64,000 nucleotides of DNA from Octopus vulgaris (GCA_951406725.2 OX597826.1:55428001-55492000), one strand, 5' to 3'; numbered from the stretch's first letter, positions 26,030-40,251 are shown. Notes: a model not told the origin generated them from the letters alone. Numbers and translations are program-made.

Positions 26030-26610
26030 TTTTAAAACTGTAGCTCACTTTCGCTGTTTACAGCAGTACTTGGAACAAACATGTGTAGCGTGTGATGTTC
26101 CCTTTGCGAGAAAATCGTCAACTCACCATCCACGGGTCGGCAGAGGATGTGCAGATTAGTTACCGGTCAGTTCAATCCATTATCACTGAAGTTTCGGGTA
26201 TGAGACGCGTGTCTGCTGAGTTGCGTTAAAACTGCTTTCAGCCAAAAAAAAAAAAAAGGTAAAAAAACCACTCGGGATTCAGTTGCACAAGGTGTCCTTG
26301 ATTGTGTTAAGAACGATGAAATTTTTTTTGAAACTTTGCGTAGGATTCTGCGCTGGTTTCGTCAAACTTTCGCCAAACTTTGATGTATATTGTCTCATCA
26401 ACTTTCTTTGTTACAGTCAATGCGGTGATCACACGCTACACGTGTTCTTTCCAAGTACTGCTGTAAACAGTAGATGTGTACTAGAACGTTAAACGTTTGT
26501 GTGCAAGCACAGCAGATATTGTGGTCAGCCTATGACAACCTGCTTTACTGTGCGTGCTTTAGCTCCGTTACATTGGCAACAGTCCAGATTCTTATTGATC
26601 AGACCACGTA
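26030..26610. mobile_element. Mariner (Tc1/mariner)-derived non-autonomous element
   Basis: Right end reverse-complement TACGTGGTCTGATCAATAAGAATCTGGACTG is a mariner-type TIR with TA. 43-bp inverted repeats at 26054-26096 and 26428-26470. Transposase remnants AEDVQISYRSVQSIITEVSGMRRVSA (+) and TKKVDETIYIKV...SAESYAKFQK (-). Confidence 0.85.
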
Positions 26611-26612
26611 TA

Positions 26613-26689
<77 letters not shown>

Positions 26690-27100
26690 CTTTTATTCTT
26701 TTACGAGCTTCAGTCATTTGACTGCAGCCATACTGCATCACCACCTTTAGTCGAGCAAATCGACCCCAGGACTTATTATTTCGAAGTCTTGTACTTACTC
26801 TATCGGTCTTTTTTTCCGAACCGCTAAGTTCCGAGGATTTAAACAGACCAGAATCGGTTGACAAGCGATGTTGGGGGGACAAATATCAACACACAAACAT
26901 GTACACATACATACATATATATACATATGAATGTACATATACGACAGGATACTTTCCGTTTCCGTCTATCAAATAATCTCACAAGGCTTTGGTCTGCCCG
27001 AGGCTATAGTAGAAGACACTTGCCCAAGGTGCCACGCAGTGGGACTGAACCAGGAACTATGTGGTTAGTAAGCAAGCTACTTACCAAACGGCGCAGCCAT
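26690..27100 (-). mobile_element. SINE family A, diverged
   Basis: Collinear with the other copies. Confidence 0.88.
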
Positions 27101-27128
27101 ATAAGGATTTGAATACACTCATACACAC

Positions 27129-27248
<120 letters not shown>

Positions 27249-27252
27249 ATAC

Positions 27253-27287
<35 letters not shown>

Positions 27288-27442
27288 CATTATGAATAAT
27301 AATAAAGGGTAAAATTAATTCATCAATTAATAATTTTACTAAGTAATTCAGTATGTTATAAGAACCATTATCGGTAACCTTATACAAAAATTAGGGTTCA
27401 GTAAAATTGCTTCACCACATACCGAAATTTAGAAATAGGTGT

Positions 27443-27505
<63 letters not shown>

Positions 27506-27508
27506 ATA

Positions 27509-27894
27509 TCTCTCTCTATATAAACGGCAGTTTGTCTGTGTGTGTTTCTGTGTGTCTGTTAGGTTGTACCCTCACCCTGACCACGGCTTTCAACCGATTC
27601 TGATGAAACTTGACGCACACATAGCCCAATGTCATAATTTAAAACTAACGCAACGAAAATTTTGAAAAGTTCCCCCAGTTCTGAAAATTTTTCGATAAAT
27701 TCGACATGGGGTCGAGAATCAGAAACACAAACCACAGACTGTCTAGGGGACGCAACTCCACCTTTTTAACTCTCAAAAATAAATTTACCATAATTTTTTT
27801 TCCATTTTTTTGCTATTTTTTGGCTATAACTCTCTAAAAATGCTTTATAGTTATTTCCCTTACAAACCCGAGCAACGCCGGGCGATACTGCTAG
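27509..27894 (+). mobile_element. Non-autonomous Helitron
   Basis: A|TC 5' end, TGTC/TG microsatellite and AACCGATTCTGATGAAACTTG near the 5' end, 3' hairpin CCCG-AGCAACGC-CGGG (27867-27882), terminal CTAG|T, no TSD. Confidence 0.88.
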
Positions 27895-27930
27895 TATATA
27901 TATATATACATGTGTATATATATATATATG

Positions 27931-27977
<47 letters not shown>

Positions 27978-28031
27978 GTATATATATACAAAAATATATA
28001 TACATATATGTATATATATATATATATATAT

Positions 28032-28320
28032 ACTTAGAATTTACAAAAAAAACACAAAAAACGAAGACAGGTGTATAAACAACAAACATATTTATTAGTT
28101 TAACACTTGGGAAGGCGAGAAAGTCTTTTACGTTTCGAGCCTACAGTCTTCAACCGAAATGAATACGAGAAAATAAACACAGAGAGAATAAAAATATATT
28201 TAGTGCCTAGCAGTCAATCATGGCGATGGCCGGACAGAGGTTGTCACAGAGGAAAGCTAGGAAGGAGGGGAGATAATAAAGTAGTGGCGATCCCAAAACG
28301 AAGGTGCGTGTGCGATTGCA
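28032..28320 (-). mobile_element. Probable Penelope-like terminal remnant with a highly degenerate hammerhead-like motif (28125-28160)
   Basis: Minus strand UUU-CGGUUGAA-GACUGUAGGCUC-GAAA-CG-UA-AAAG; abuts (TA)n. Confidence 0.45.
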
Positions 28321-28629
28321 GGCAAAGATGCCTCTCATTTACTTGACAATTTATGCACCACATTGCAGAAATCACAATGTAATTGTATGTCAAAGCAAAC
28401 TGTTACACCGTTGCACCATTGAATTAGAAATAATGCCCAACAGTTATGCTCGGGTAACCCTACTGCTTCCAAGAGCACAACTGTATTCGTTTTTGCTTAG
28501 ATAAAATGACAAAATTGTGGGTGTTAAGTCCCCATGGAGGGGTCTTTGTAACTTTGTAAGAAGATGAAATTTTATAAATATTACTTCATTTGTGTCTAAA
28601 ATCTATGGTTAATATATACATATTTATCA

Positions 28630-28914
28630 TATGTGCTTTAGTTGCTTCATTCATGAGACTGCGGTCACGCTGGAGCATATTCTTGAAGGATTTGTTCTTT
28701 TAAGTGATTCACGTCAACGCTTATCTCTTTTAAAAGCCGTTACTTATTCTACCCCTCTCCTTTGCCGAATCAGTAATGTAAACAAGACCACACCCTTTGT
28801 CCAACGGTAGTGAGGGGCAAACACAAACACAAAGACGAAGACAATGATATAAATGGACACACTTATATAAGAGTGTGTGTGTGTTTGTGTGCATGTGTGT
28901 GTGTTGTACTGTGC

Positions 28915-28948
<34 letters not shown>

Positions 28949-29065
28949 GTGACTTCCTTCACAAGGCATCTGCTGGCCCGGAGCTACAGAAGACCACACC
29001 TGCCGAAGGTGCTATGTAGTGGGAGTGAACCCAAAACGACGTGTTTGCAAAGCCAGTTTCTTAAT
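28630..29065 (-). mobile_element. Old SINE family A copy
   Basis: Degenerate but collinear (GCTGGAGCA, TTTGCCGAA, CACAAGGC...AGAAGAC, GAACCCAAAAC). Confidence 0.7.
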
Positions 29066-29098
29066 CATATGTACGCATACACACACATAAATGTATGT

Positions 29099-29140
<42 letters not shown>

Positions 29141-29817
29141 CCGGAGTAAGCATATAAATATAGATGGATATGTATGTGTATGTATATATATATATATACA
29201 TATACGTAGATTTTAATATTGATATTAACATACCTGTCGGCCCCTGTTTCTCCAACCCGCTCTACCCCATCCATACCTTCTTCATAATCACATTCCGAAA
29301 TCACTCTGCCTGTCGAATATTAATTACCTTTTGTAACATACCCAACTCTTCCGCCCCACGTTTCTGTTTCTCTCTTAACCCTTTTAATACATGCTAACAA
29401 ACTCATGATTCCCAGACCTGCCAACCCTTTTACTCCGCAAAAGCCCCTCCTTTCCCCTATAAACAAATTAATTCGTTTTAAACACAACAAATTCCAATAC
29501 TTGATATTATCATTGTTTCATATTCACCCATCTTTAAAAACAAAACAAAACAAAACAAAAAAAATCCCTTTCTCACAAAGATTCAAGAATGTTCAATTAC
29601 TAAACCACTGCCACCACCCACTCAAACACACACACTCCCCATCCAACTGACAAATTAAACTTATCTCGCTGCTGTGTGTGGGGCGCTGATGGTGCTGATA
29701 GTGTAGGGCGCAGAACTAACAGAATCGTTATAGGTTTGGTAATAAATGCCTTGCAGCAGTTCTTCCGGTTCTTTATGCGGTGGTTTCAAACCCAGTCTTT
29801 GTCAGCGTACTTTGTGA

Positions 29818-30236
29818 AGTGGTAAGTAGCTTGCTAACCAACCACGTGGTTCCGGGTTCAGTCCCACTGCGTGTCATCTTGGGCAAGTGTCTTCTGCTAT
29901 AGCCCCGGGCCAACCAATGCTTTATGATTGGATTTAGTAGACGGAAACTGAAAGAAGCCTGTCGTATATATGTATATATATATATATATGTGAGTGTGTG
30001 TGTGTGTGTGTGTGTCTGTCTGTCTGTCTGTGTTTGTCCCCCTAGCATTGCTTGACAACCGATGCTGGTGTGTTTACGTCCCTGTCACTTAGCGGTTCGG
30101 CAAAAGAGAACGATAGAATAAGTACTGGGCTTACAAAGAATGAGTCCTGGGGTCCATTTGCTCGACTAAAGGCGGTGCTCCAGCATGGCCACAATCAAAG
30201 GACTGAAACAAGTAAAAAAAAAAAGAGTAAGAGTAA
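29818..30236 (+). mobile_element. SINE family A, 5'-truncated
   Basis: Collinear with the 25024 copy. Confidence 0.9.
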
Positions 30237-30444
30237 CCAAGATCCCTGAAGAAAGGGCTTTAGTCTATGGAATTTGGAGGGATGAAAAGCAAAGTTGACC
30301 TTGACAGCATATGAACTCACAACATAATCCGGAGCAAATCCGCAAGTCATTTTTCCTACGCTTGAACCATTCTGCTAGCAACCCCACTTTAGAATTATTT
30401 TCTAAATTAAATTCCACAATACATGTGTGCATATCTTTTGTCTG

Positions 30445-30810
30445 TTACATGTTTCGTTTACTGGGGTGCGACAATGCTGGAGCACCACTATGAAGGGGTT
30501 ATTTGAAAACATCGAATCCTGTACTCATTGTTTTAAGCCCTGCACTGATTCTAATGGTCCCTTTTTCTAAGCTGCTAGGAATAAGACAAAACCAGTTACC
30601 ATGTGGTACAGGAGACGAACACAAACATGAACGCACCATAGGCATACATACATATACGTATATACCATGAGCTCCCACATGGCTTCTATCAACAAAATTC
30701 ATGTTGATCATGGGCTATAATAAAGCCAACATGCCAAAGATGTACGCAGTGTGGATGTTCGCGAAGCGACGTAGCCGCAAACATTCTTAATGACAAAGCC
30801 AGGCCTGCAC
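30445..30810 (-). mobile_element. Old SINE family A copy
   Basis: ATGCTGGAGCACCAC, GGGCTATAATAAAG...TGCCAAAG, CCTGCACCTAT. Confidence 0.6.
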
Positions 30811-31794
30811 CTATGTGTGTGTGTGTGTATGTGTCTATTTGTTTGCTATGTGCATGCAGGTGTAAGTGTGTGTGTGAGAGAGAGGGTGAGAGAGAGACAG
30901 ACAGACAGAGCCTGTTAAAATTGCTGCGGCTGATAGTATTGAGGCTCAGCTTGGAAACCCAACTAGGAGGCGTGTAAAACACTGACTTTGAAAATTACTG
31001 CAATTCATTCAGATGAAAAGAAAAAATGATCTGGCCTAGTATTGGGGCAATCTCTATCACCCTTCAGCTGTTGCATCCCGAACGTTTCGCAGTTTCATAT
31101 CAGTTATGAGCGGGACAAAAAATATGTCTCTGCCTACTTGATATCGAAGATCTTAAATAGCAAATATAAGTTTAGATTTTTTACCCCAGTGCCATTTGTT
31201 AATACACAAACGAATATTAAAAATAAAAAGTGTATTTGGATTTGGTCAGAATCGAACACTTGTAAATCTGCAATGAATTCTGATACGAAGACGATAGTGT
31301 GTGACGTGTGTCACTGTCGCAGTGACGTAATGTAGTTATCATTACAATGAGAATCATCAAAGTGAGTGTGGGGGGTTCGACTTCTGACGGAAATCATATT
31401 TATATCTTCTCACGTATGAATACACTTTATCAAGTGCGATTCGCTGTTTCTATTATCAACACACAAACATTCATAAACACACATATTATATGCATACATA
31501 CATTTACATACATATAAACTCACACATGTACATGTATGTACATATAAATATTCATACACACACACACACACAAGCACACGCATTCACACACAACACACTC
31601 ACACATTTATACAGAAACGTACCTAACTTACTATATACATACACATATGTATATATAGACATATGCGTACACAAGTACATATATATGTTGATATATATAT
31701 ACATATATATATATATACATGTACGTATATATAAATATATGTATGTATATATATATATACATATACATATACATATACATAAATATGTACACAC

Positions 31795-31825
<31 letters not shown>

Positions 31826-32966
31826 TGTGTATATACATATACATATATGTATATATATATGTATATGTGTGTTTATATATATATACATATACACACATAT
31901 ATATATATGTATATATATACATATACATACATATATATATGTATATGTGTTTATATATATATATGTATATATACACACAAACAATGTATGTAATATATGC
32001 ATATATGTATGTATCCACACACATACACATCATTACGTAAGTGTACGAGTGTAAACTCATTTATATGTATACACGCATGTATCTTTTATTTGTTTCCTCC
32101 GTATTAATGTAACAGATCAAAAGCCAGGTTTTAATTAATAGACAAAGATTCTTTTGATACTATTCCGAGAACAATGACTAGAGACAAAGGTTAAACTTAT
32201 GGAAAGTTTTGCATATTTTAAAGTCTACCGCTAATGGATTGAATTTCAAGAATTCACAAATGATTTTCTCGAATTCTTTGAGAAAATCCATTTTGCGTGT
32301 TTACATTTATATACATATTTGCAGTGCAGATAAAAATATAGGTGGATTATTGATCATAAACCATTATAACACATCGCCTTCATCATCGTCGTCGTTGTCG
32401 TCATCTTCATCGTCGTCACTGCATTTATAGTCGCCATAGTCGTTCGCCTCCTTCGCAGTTTTAACGTTCTCTTCTTTGTTTTTGTTTGTTTACACACACA
32501 TATATATATGCATGCGCGCGCGTGTGTGCGTGTGTGTGTGTGTGTGTGTGTGAGTGTGTGTGAGTGTGTGTGTGTGTGTGATTTTTCATGCAGGCGTTAG
32601 ATTGGATTGCATTTGCATTTGCATTTTCGTGTCTGCAATATTGCATCGTAATTCTATACAGCTTGATTATTCGACATCTCATTTGTCAACAGAATCAAAT
32701 AGAATTCCTTTATTACCATTTCGGTGGTGTGTGAGGTGGTGGCATTAATTAATAATATTTGGATACATAACTTTCAAAAGCATAAACACAGAAATTTTAA
32801 CAAGCGGTGCTCATCGTTTATAAGAATTTCAGCTCCAATATACAACTGCTGGAAACAAACATATAGAAACACGAGCTATCACTGAGCCTTTATGTGGTCG
32901 AGAGACATGTTAAAAATGGCTACTATATCGTTTAATGGCAATATATATTTCTTAGTCGGCTATACC

Positions 32967-33197
32967 TATTTCTTTATTGCCCACAAGGGGCTAAACATAG
33001 ATGGGACAAACAAGGACAGACATAGGTATTAAGTCGATTACATCGACCCCAGTACGTAACTGGTACTTAATTTATCGAACCCGAAAGGATGAAAGGCAAA
33101 GTCGACCTCGGCGGAAGTTGAACTCACAACATAACGGCAAACGAAATACCGCTAAGCATTTAGTTCGGCGTGTTAACGATTCTGCCAACTCGCCGCA
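32967..33197 (-). mobile_element. SINE family C with 15-bp target-site duplication
   Basis: Flanks TTAGTCGGCTATACC (32952-32966) and TTAGTCCGCTATACC (33201-33215). Confidence 0.92.
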
Positions 33198-34519
33198 TTT
33201 TTAGTCCGCTATACCACTTATTAATGTACTCCAGACTGTAATAACTACATTATCCGACGTGTCCTCTGTTTTCTTGTAATGTCGAATGTGATTCGGTTGC
33301 TGTTTCTAGAAATTCTGGAAGCTAGGAGAACGCTTCCGTCATTCTTTGCATACCTGCACCTAATTAAAGAATACATAAGTATTTCCTTCAAAAACATTGA
33401 TAGAGTAGCTTAATGATAGGTAAACATTGGTACTTCCAGAACGTAGCAATTCCAGAACATTGCAATTCTCTGGTTAGTAAATGTTTGTAGGATATATCCT
33501 CAGATATTATTATTATTATTATTTAATTATGTATATTTCTCTTTTTGTTTTCCAATATTAACCTAATCCTTTGCGATTTAAAAGAGGAAATATATGAGAC
33601 ATCATCCATATTCAGGTGGCGGATTGGCAAAAACATAAAGCGTAGGACAGGTTGCCACACAGTATATGTTCTAATCCTAACCATCCTGAGTTCACATCCC
33701 ACCGGGGTCAGCTGTGACTTTCTGTATTTCGACGTCAGGAAATTATTAATACAGAGGAGGGAAGTGGTACAAATTTAAGATCAAATGCCGTGTGTTATTT
33801 GTTATTGATCTGTGCATAATAAGTTCAATTCTAGCCAAGGCCCGCTTGGACGGTAAACATACTCCATTGCCCATTTTAACTCCACCATTTAGGAATTTGG
33901 GTGCTTGTATTGTGATGCACTCTGATTGGAGAATTTCTGGGCAGGCCTCTGTTTTGAGGACACCGCCAGCTTCCTTTCTGTCTTTCTCTTCCACTAGTCT
34001 TAGGGACGTTGTGGTCGGTCACGGAAACACTACATAGTCCTGATCAGAAAAAAAATCTGATCTTCTACATTCCCTTGTGAGACTATGGAGCAGCACTAGA
34101 TAGGACCATCAGCAAAGTGCAGGCTGTCCTTTTAATTCACGCTTGGAAACATGGGTGTTTTGTTCACGAAAATACAACAGGTGACCACGCGTCGAAATAT
34201 GTTCTCTGCATATATAATCGATTTGGTGCTAATCAAAATAAATCGTCGATACAGCTTGACATTAGTGATGTCAGAGAAATTGCTAAGAGAATGCTAAGAA
34301 AAGCCGATAATAGCACCAAGTAGTTGCTCCTTCGTTCGAACAAATTTAGCTATCCACTGCCTTGCACCGGTATTTTAATTATCGATCTTGAAATAGATAT
34401 ATACTAAGTTGACCTCTGGGAAATTTGAAAGCAAACTTCAGGAAGCCGGAATAAACACTGCAATACATTCGATACTACGCTCTAACGACTCTGCCAATTG
34501 ACTGCCTTGAACCTCTTAA

Positions 34520-34955
34520 AAGCAGTGGCTCTTGTGGCTTCTGATCGGAAATGTTAGCATGTACATGCTTTGTTCTTGTATAAAAGATGGATTACAGCAA
34601 ATATTCTGCTCACTACCACAGCTGTACTTGTCATTTGCTTGACCTTAAACAGTTGAGCATGTCCCTTTAATTCACCCTTCGAAACATGGGTGTTTTGTAC
34701 ATCCTCCCTAAGTAATCCTTATTCAGTGACCTCTTCAGTGTGATAGGCTACCTGACCCGGAGAAAATTCTAACTAAGCCCCATATGTAAGGTCATGTGTT
34801 GTTTATCTTGATTTGAGGTCATCCTGTCGCACACATTTGATTGCGATGCTTATGCCTGGTGTACTCTTATCAGACGAGTAGTCATGATGGGTATATTGGT
34901 CTTCGTATATTTGTACCCCTGTACCGCTTTGATGGTATAAATTGCTCTCTCATTC
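34520..34955 (+). mobile_element. Unclassified interspersed repeat ending in (AAT)n
   Basis: Ends GCTCTCTCATTC(AAT)n. Block TTTAATTCAC.CTT.GAAACATGGGTGTTTTGT is also present at about 34130. Confidence 0.45.
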
Positions 34956-34967
34956 AATAATAATAAT

Positions 34968-35260
34968 GAACTTACGAGACTATAGGCAATTAGGGACTTT
35001 GAAGTGGTATCGATTGTGGTTGGCGCACTGGGAGCAGGTAGTAAAATGTTAGATGCTTGACTTGAGAAGCTAGGAATTACCAATAGGACGGCACAGTTGC
35101 AGAAAATAGCCTTGTTAGGAACAGCAAGGATTCTAACCAAAGTATTAGAAAGTTGAAGAAATGACCCAATGGCCATGGGATATGGCTCACTCTTTTGGTA
35201 TAGTGTCAGTATAACACCTGCAGGAGCAAAGGCATCGCTGATACCAATAATGATAATAAT
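34968..35260 (+). mobile_element. R4/Dong-like LINE 3' end flanked by TAA repeats
   Basis: FEVVSIVVGALG...LEKLGI...LQKIALLGTARILTKVLES*, short 3' UTR, TAA-type repeats on both sides. Confidence 0.88.
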
Positions 35261-36026
35261 CCTTTCTACTATAGGCACAAGCCCTCAAATTTCAGAGTGA
35301 GGGATTGATCGTTTACAATGTTCATTTGAATCTTACTTTATCGACCTCCGAAAAGATAATTTTTTCTACAATAAGAATAAGACCTGAAATTTTGGTGGGA
35401 GATGTTAATTGACTACATCGATATTTTTATGTATATGTTCGCCACATTTACAACTCTACAATTGGTACAATGCCAATAGATTGGGAACAAATATGTTAGT
35501 CGTTACTATCAGTTTCGTTTCTTGACTGGTATTTTATCTTATCAATCCTGGAGAAGTGAAAGTCAGAGTAAACCGGGACGTCATTGAACTCAAAACATAA
35601 GGCAATAGAATTAAGCAGAAAAAAATTATTTTGTCTGTTGTATTTACCATTTTACCATTTAATAGTAATAAGAAGTACATAACATAACGCTAACAATAAC
35701 GAGAGTATGGAGAAAAAATTAGCTTGATATTATATTTGTTAACCGAGCCAATGTTCGACTTGGTTTTTAAATTCTACATACATCAAAGAAACTTTGTTAC
35801 CAAAATATACAATTTACACACGCAAACACACGCACGCACGCACATACACATACCCACTCACAGATGTACACACTTAGATACATATGCACATACATACATA
35901 TATGCATACATATCTACATAGCTATAATAGACATGATATATATATATATATATGTGTGTGTATATATATATATGCATATATATATCTGCATAGCTATAAT
36001 AGACATGATATATATGTATATATATA

Positions 36027-36092
<66 letters not shown>

Positions 36093-36230
36093 TATATATA
36101 TGCATATATATATATATCTACACAGCTATAATAGACATGATATATATGCATATATATATATATATATATATATATGCATATATATACATATACACCCCTA
36201 TTAAATACATAAATATATATATATATTATA

Positions 36231-36270
<40 letters not shown>

Positions 36271-36685
36271 ACATATATACATTTATATATACACACATAC
36301 ACAAGTGTATTTACGCATATATGTAGAGATACGAATAAACATATACATATACGCACACATACATACATTCACATATATATGTTGAATCAACACGGAATAT
36401 CCACTTTGAATTCAATTTTGTGGGAGGAATGAATTTTTATTTTCAATTAAATAAAGCCATAGTCACTTTTTCATTTTTTTTTTCTTTTACTTCATTAATT
36501 TTATTTTCATTAGTTTTTTTTTTCCTTTTTATTCTACTCTTTTATATTACAGATTCTTCCCTCTCATTTAGAATCGCAAAATAAATTTTAGCTGAAAACA
36601 CACACACACACAGATATATATGTATGTAGTTTATACATATGTATGCATATATAAATATATATATGTATACATATATATCTTTGTA

Positions 36686-36727
<42 letters not shown>

Positions 36728-36760
36728 CATATACATACATATATACATACATATACATAC

Positions 36761-36804
<44 letters not shown>

Positions 36805-37474
36805 GAGTGTGTGTTTATCAGAGAGGTACGGGGAAGGAAAAGAACGGAGATAGTATTTCACTGCAACCACAACGAAAAGCACCAACACGACGACCAGCAT
36901 CACCAACAACACTACGACCACGACCAAATATAACAGCGTCAGATGATGAATATAAGAAACCAGTTGCAAGAACTAATGGAAGAAAATTAGTTACATCAGA
37001 TATTCCGGTTTGCCAAATCCTGTTTATTATTGATTCCAAGTATTTTTTTCTGGTTTTGACTGGTTTTTCGCTGTGTTTTTGCTTAGTTTTTCATTCTGTC
37101 TGCTTTAATGTCATCGCTATGGTTCACTAACTTCTTGGTCATACGAATTCATTCTTTCAGGTTTGAACATCAATTGAGATGTAACTATGTATGCGTGTGT
37201 GTTTTAATATATGTACGTAAACTATATATGTATTTATTTGTGTAATATCAGATATATACATCCGTCTGTGTAAATAAGAATGTATATATATATATATATA
37301 TGCATATATGTGTTTAATTATGTATACATATCGATATTTTTATAATGATATTCATGTATATATGTTGTGTGACTATGTATCTACATCTATGTGCCGTTGT
37401 GTAATTACGTATATGTATTATATATCTTTGCACATTATGATATAAGCACATATATATAAATATATATGTGTGAG

Positions 37475-37517
<43 letters not shown>

Positions 37518-37842
37518 GTAAATGTGAATAAATGTATGTATGTATGTGTTTCTATATGTAAGTGCTTCTATTCTTGACTGTGTATAAACTTATGGGAAAC
37601 CAAACACAGCAATATAAAAGAAATTGCTTCGCATCATAACTATTTCTATTGTAGGTCTGTATTGGCGTATATTTTATAGGTACGTACACATTCAACCTAG
37701 CAAACCCACTTAATCTCTCTATCTTTCTCTCTCACTCTCACACACACGCACAAGCACACATGTAACACACACTCACACACACAACATATATATATGCGTA
37801 TGTATACGTACTTATGCATACAGATGTATATATATGTATATA

Positions 37843-37911
<69 letters not shown>

Positions 37912-38531
37912 TGCACAAAATATTTGATCATATTACTCATTTTGGACACTACTATTAGCAACATACTAAGTATATATTTTACACAATACGCTATATCAGA
38001 CAGCAAACTGTAAATGTCAAGCCAACTGTATATATATATATATATATGCATAAAAAGTTCAATCATCAATCACCTAAAACCAAATATATGATAGACTGAC
38101 GAAATGAATGTATTTCCCATCTATCTCCTGACATGGGCATTTTCATCTTACCTCTCATCAATTCCCGGGAATTGTGAACGAATATTCAAGACGTTCGTCT
38201 CACACGCTCGCGTTTTCCGGTTTCATGTAGTTGCGTGGCATCTTGAAGAGATTTCATTTTCTATTGCCACATGTCCACTGATACCCGGAGAATGAAACTT
38301 GATAAATGAAGGCTACTTAGAAGCCAATTGGATAACTTGTTTTATTTCAAAACCTTCAGTTTTATCACACCTTGTCGGTCGAATTCTGAGTGTGAATGAC
38401 GTTAGTGTACACCTGTCTGTGGAGAAGTCAGTCACTTACATGTTAATTCAGGAGCAGGTAATTCGGCCTTCGATCAACCGAACAATGGAAATCGACTAAC
38501 ACTACTACGACAATTTAAACACCCCCACCCC

Positions 38532-38559
<28 letters not shown>

Positions 38560-38562
<3 letters not shown>

Positions 38563-38757
38563 TTTATAGAAGGAGCTTCTACAGGACTAGAACTGTTTCA
38601 TTCAAATGAAATCATCAGGAAGCTTCCTGGTGATTTCATTTGAATGAAACAGTTCTAGTCCTGTAGAAGCTCCTTCTATAAAATAAATTAATTTACTCTG
38701 CTATGTATTGAGTACCTTATTTACTGTAGTTAACCCCGACTCAACCCGGGATCTACA
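38560..38757. mobile_element. Fold-back (126-bp palindrome) PLE-terminus-like element inserted in (TA)n
   Basis: Arms 38560-38622 and 38623-38685 with one mismatch, no spacer, plus a 3' extension to 38757. Confidence 0.85.
38574..38624 (-). ncRNA. Type I hammerhead ribozyme-like motif
   Basis: AGCUUC-CUGAUGA-U UUCA UU UGAA U-GAAA-CAG(UUCUAGUC)CUG-UA-GAAGCU. Stems I and III pair perfectly; the 10.1-11.1 pair is non-canonical (U-U). Confidence 0.65.
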
Positions 38758-39752
38758 TATATATATATATATAATGTATGTATGTATGTATGTATGTATG
38801 TATGTATGTATATATATTTATATATATATATATATACATACGGACAAATATATATAAATTCATATACATATATATACATATATATGTGTGTACGTGTGTC
38901 TGCCTATTTATATGTATATATGTCTATACGCACATACACACACACACATATATATAATATATATGTAAATATAGAACTATACGTATTCATACGCATATAT
39001 GACTTCAAATCGAATTGTTCAGATTCCCTTGACTCTCATCCACACCCTATCATTTTCATGGCATGTTATATTTTCTCTCCAGGACGTTCAATATCATCTG
39101 TTAACTAACCGCTGTATGACTTTGCCCGACCATCAGTCATATTACAGCCATTTCCAGGTGACCGATATAAGTTTCTGCTTACCTGCTTTCTTTTAATTTT
39201 TAAGGATTTTAAATCTTGGCAGTTCTAACCCAACCAGACAAGTCTGAAGTTAAATACTAGATTAAAAGAGAATCGCTATCAGAGATTTTGAGAAATTACA
39301 TGTTAAACGTGATATACTTTGTTGGTAGGGTCTGCAGGTAGCAATTAAGCAATGACCAAATTTGGAAGAGACAAGAGTTTGAATAATAGAATCATTTTGA
39401 TGACATTGCCTAATGTCACCTAGTTCCAAAAATGAACATTTGTTGACATCTTTAGAACGAACGATTACAGATAGATGTCATACAGCCATTAAAAGATTCA
39501 TTTTGCACCTACCTAACTACCTACCCACCCACTCATTCACCTACCTACCTGCCTACTTAACCAACTCACTCACACACCTACCAACCTACCCACCTACAAA
39601 CATACATATCTACCTGCCTGCGTATCTATATGTGTGCACATGTATATGTATATATATATATGTGTGTGTGTATGTATGTGTCTATATATATATATACATA
39701 TATATACAAATGCATATAGATACATACATACATACATACATACATACATACA

Positions 39753-39788
<36 letters not shown>

Positions 39789-40251
39789 TATACATAGCGA
39801 GACATATATATGCACACAGAAATGCAGAGATACACACACGCACACAAACGCACGTGCACACACACATTTGCACGCACACACACACACATACGATGCATTC
39901 CGGAACACGTTTTACCCGTTGTTGGGAAATGTCTATAAGCATCAAAATTAACTTTATTATTCTTTAATTACTTTTTGCATGTAATCAAGCCTTTTCTCTA
40001 ATTACATTGCACGTTTTGTTTTACATTCTACAAGAAACACTAAATTCGAACACTTCTACTGTTCGGCTTCAATAAATTGTAATTTTACCAGTTACCCTGT
40101 TTCTGCTAGAGATTTTATTCCTATTAATATTTACCTTGTATTAGTTTTCTTATAACTACTGCTTTCAATATATATATATATATATAGTACGTTTATATAT
40201 TTGTTGTGCAAGATTTTTTATGTGAAGTCGTGTGTTGAAACAGATAACACA

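Noticed and set aside
27598-27612. CTGATGAAAC as a hammerhead core
   Set aside because: No stem II between the boxes; part of the common Helitron 5' motif.
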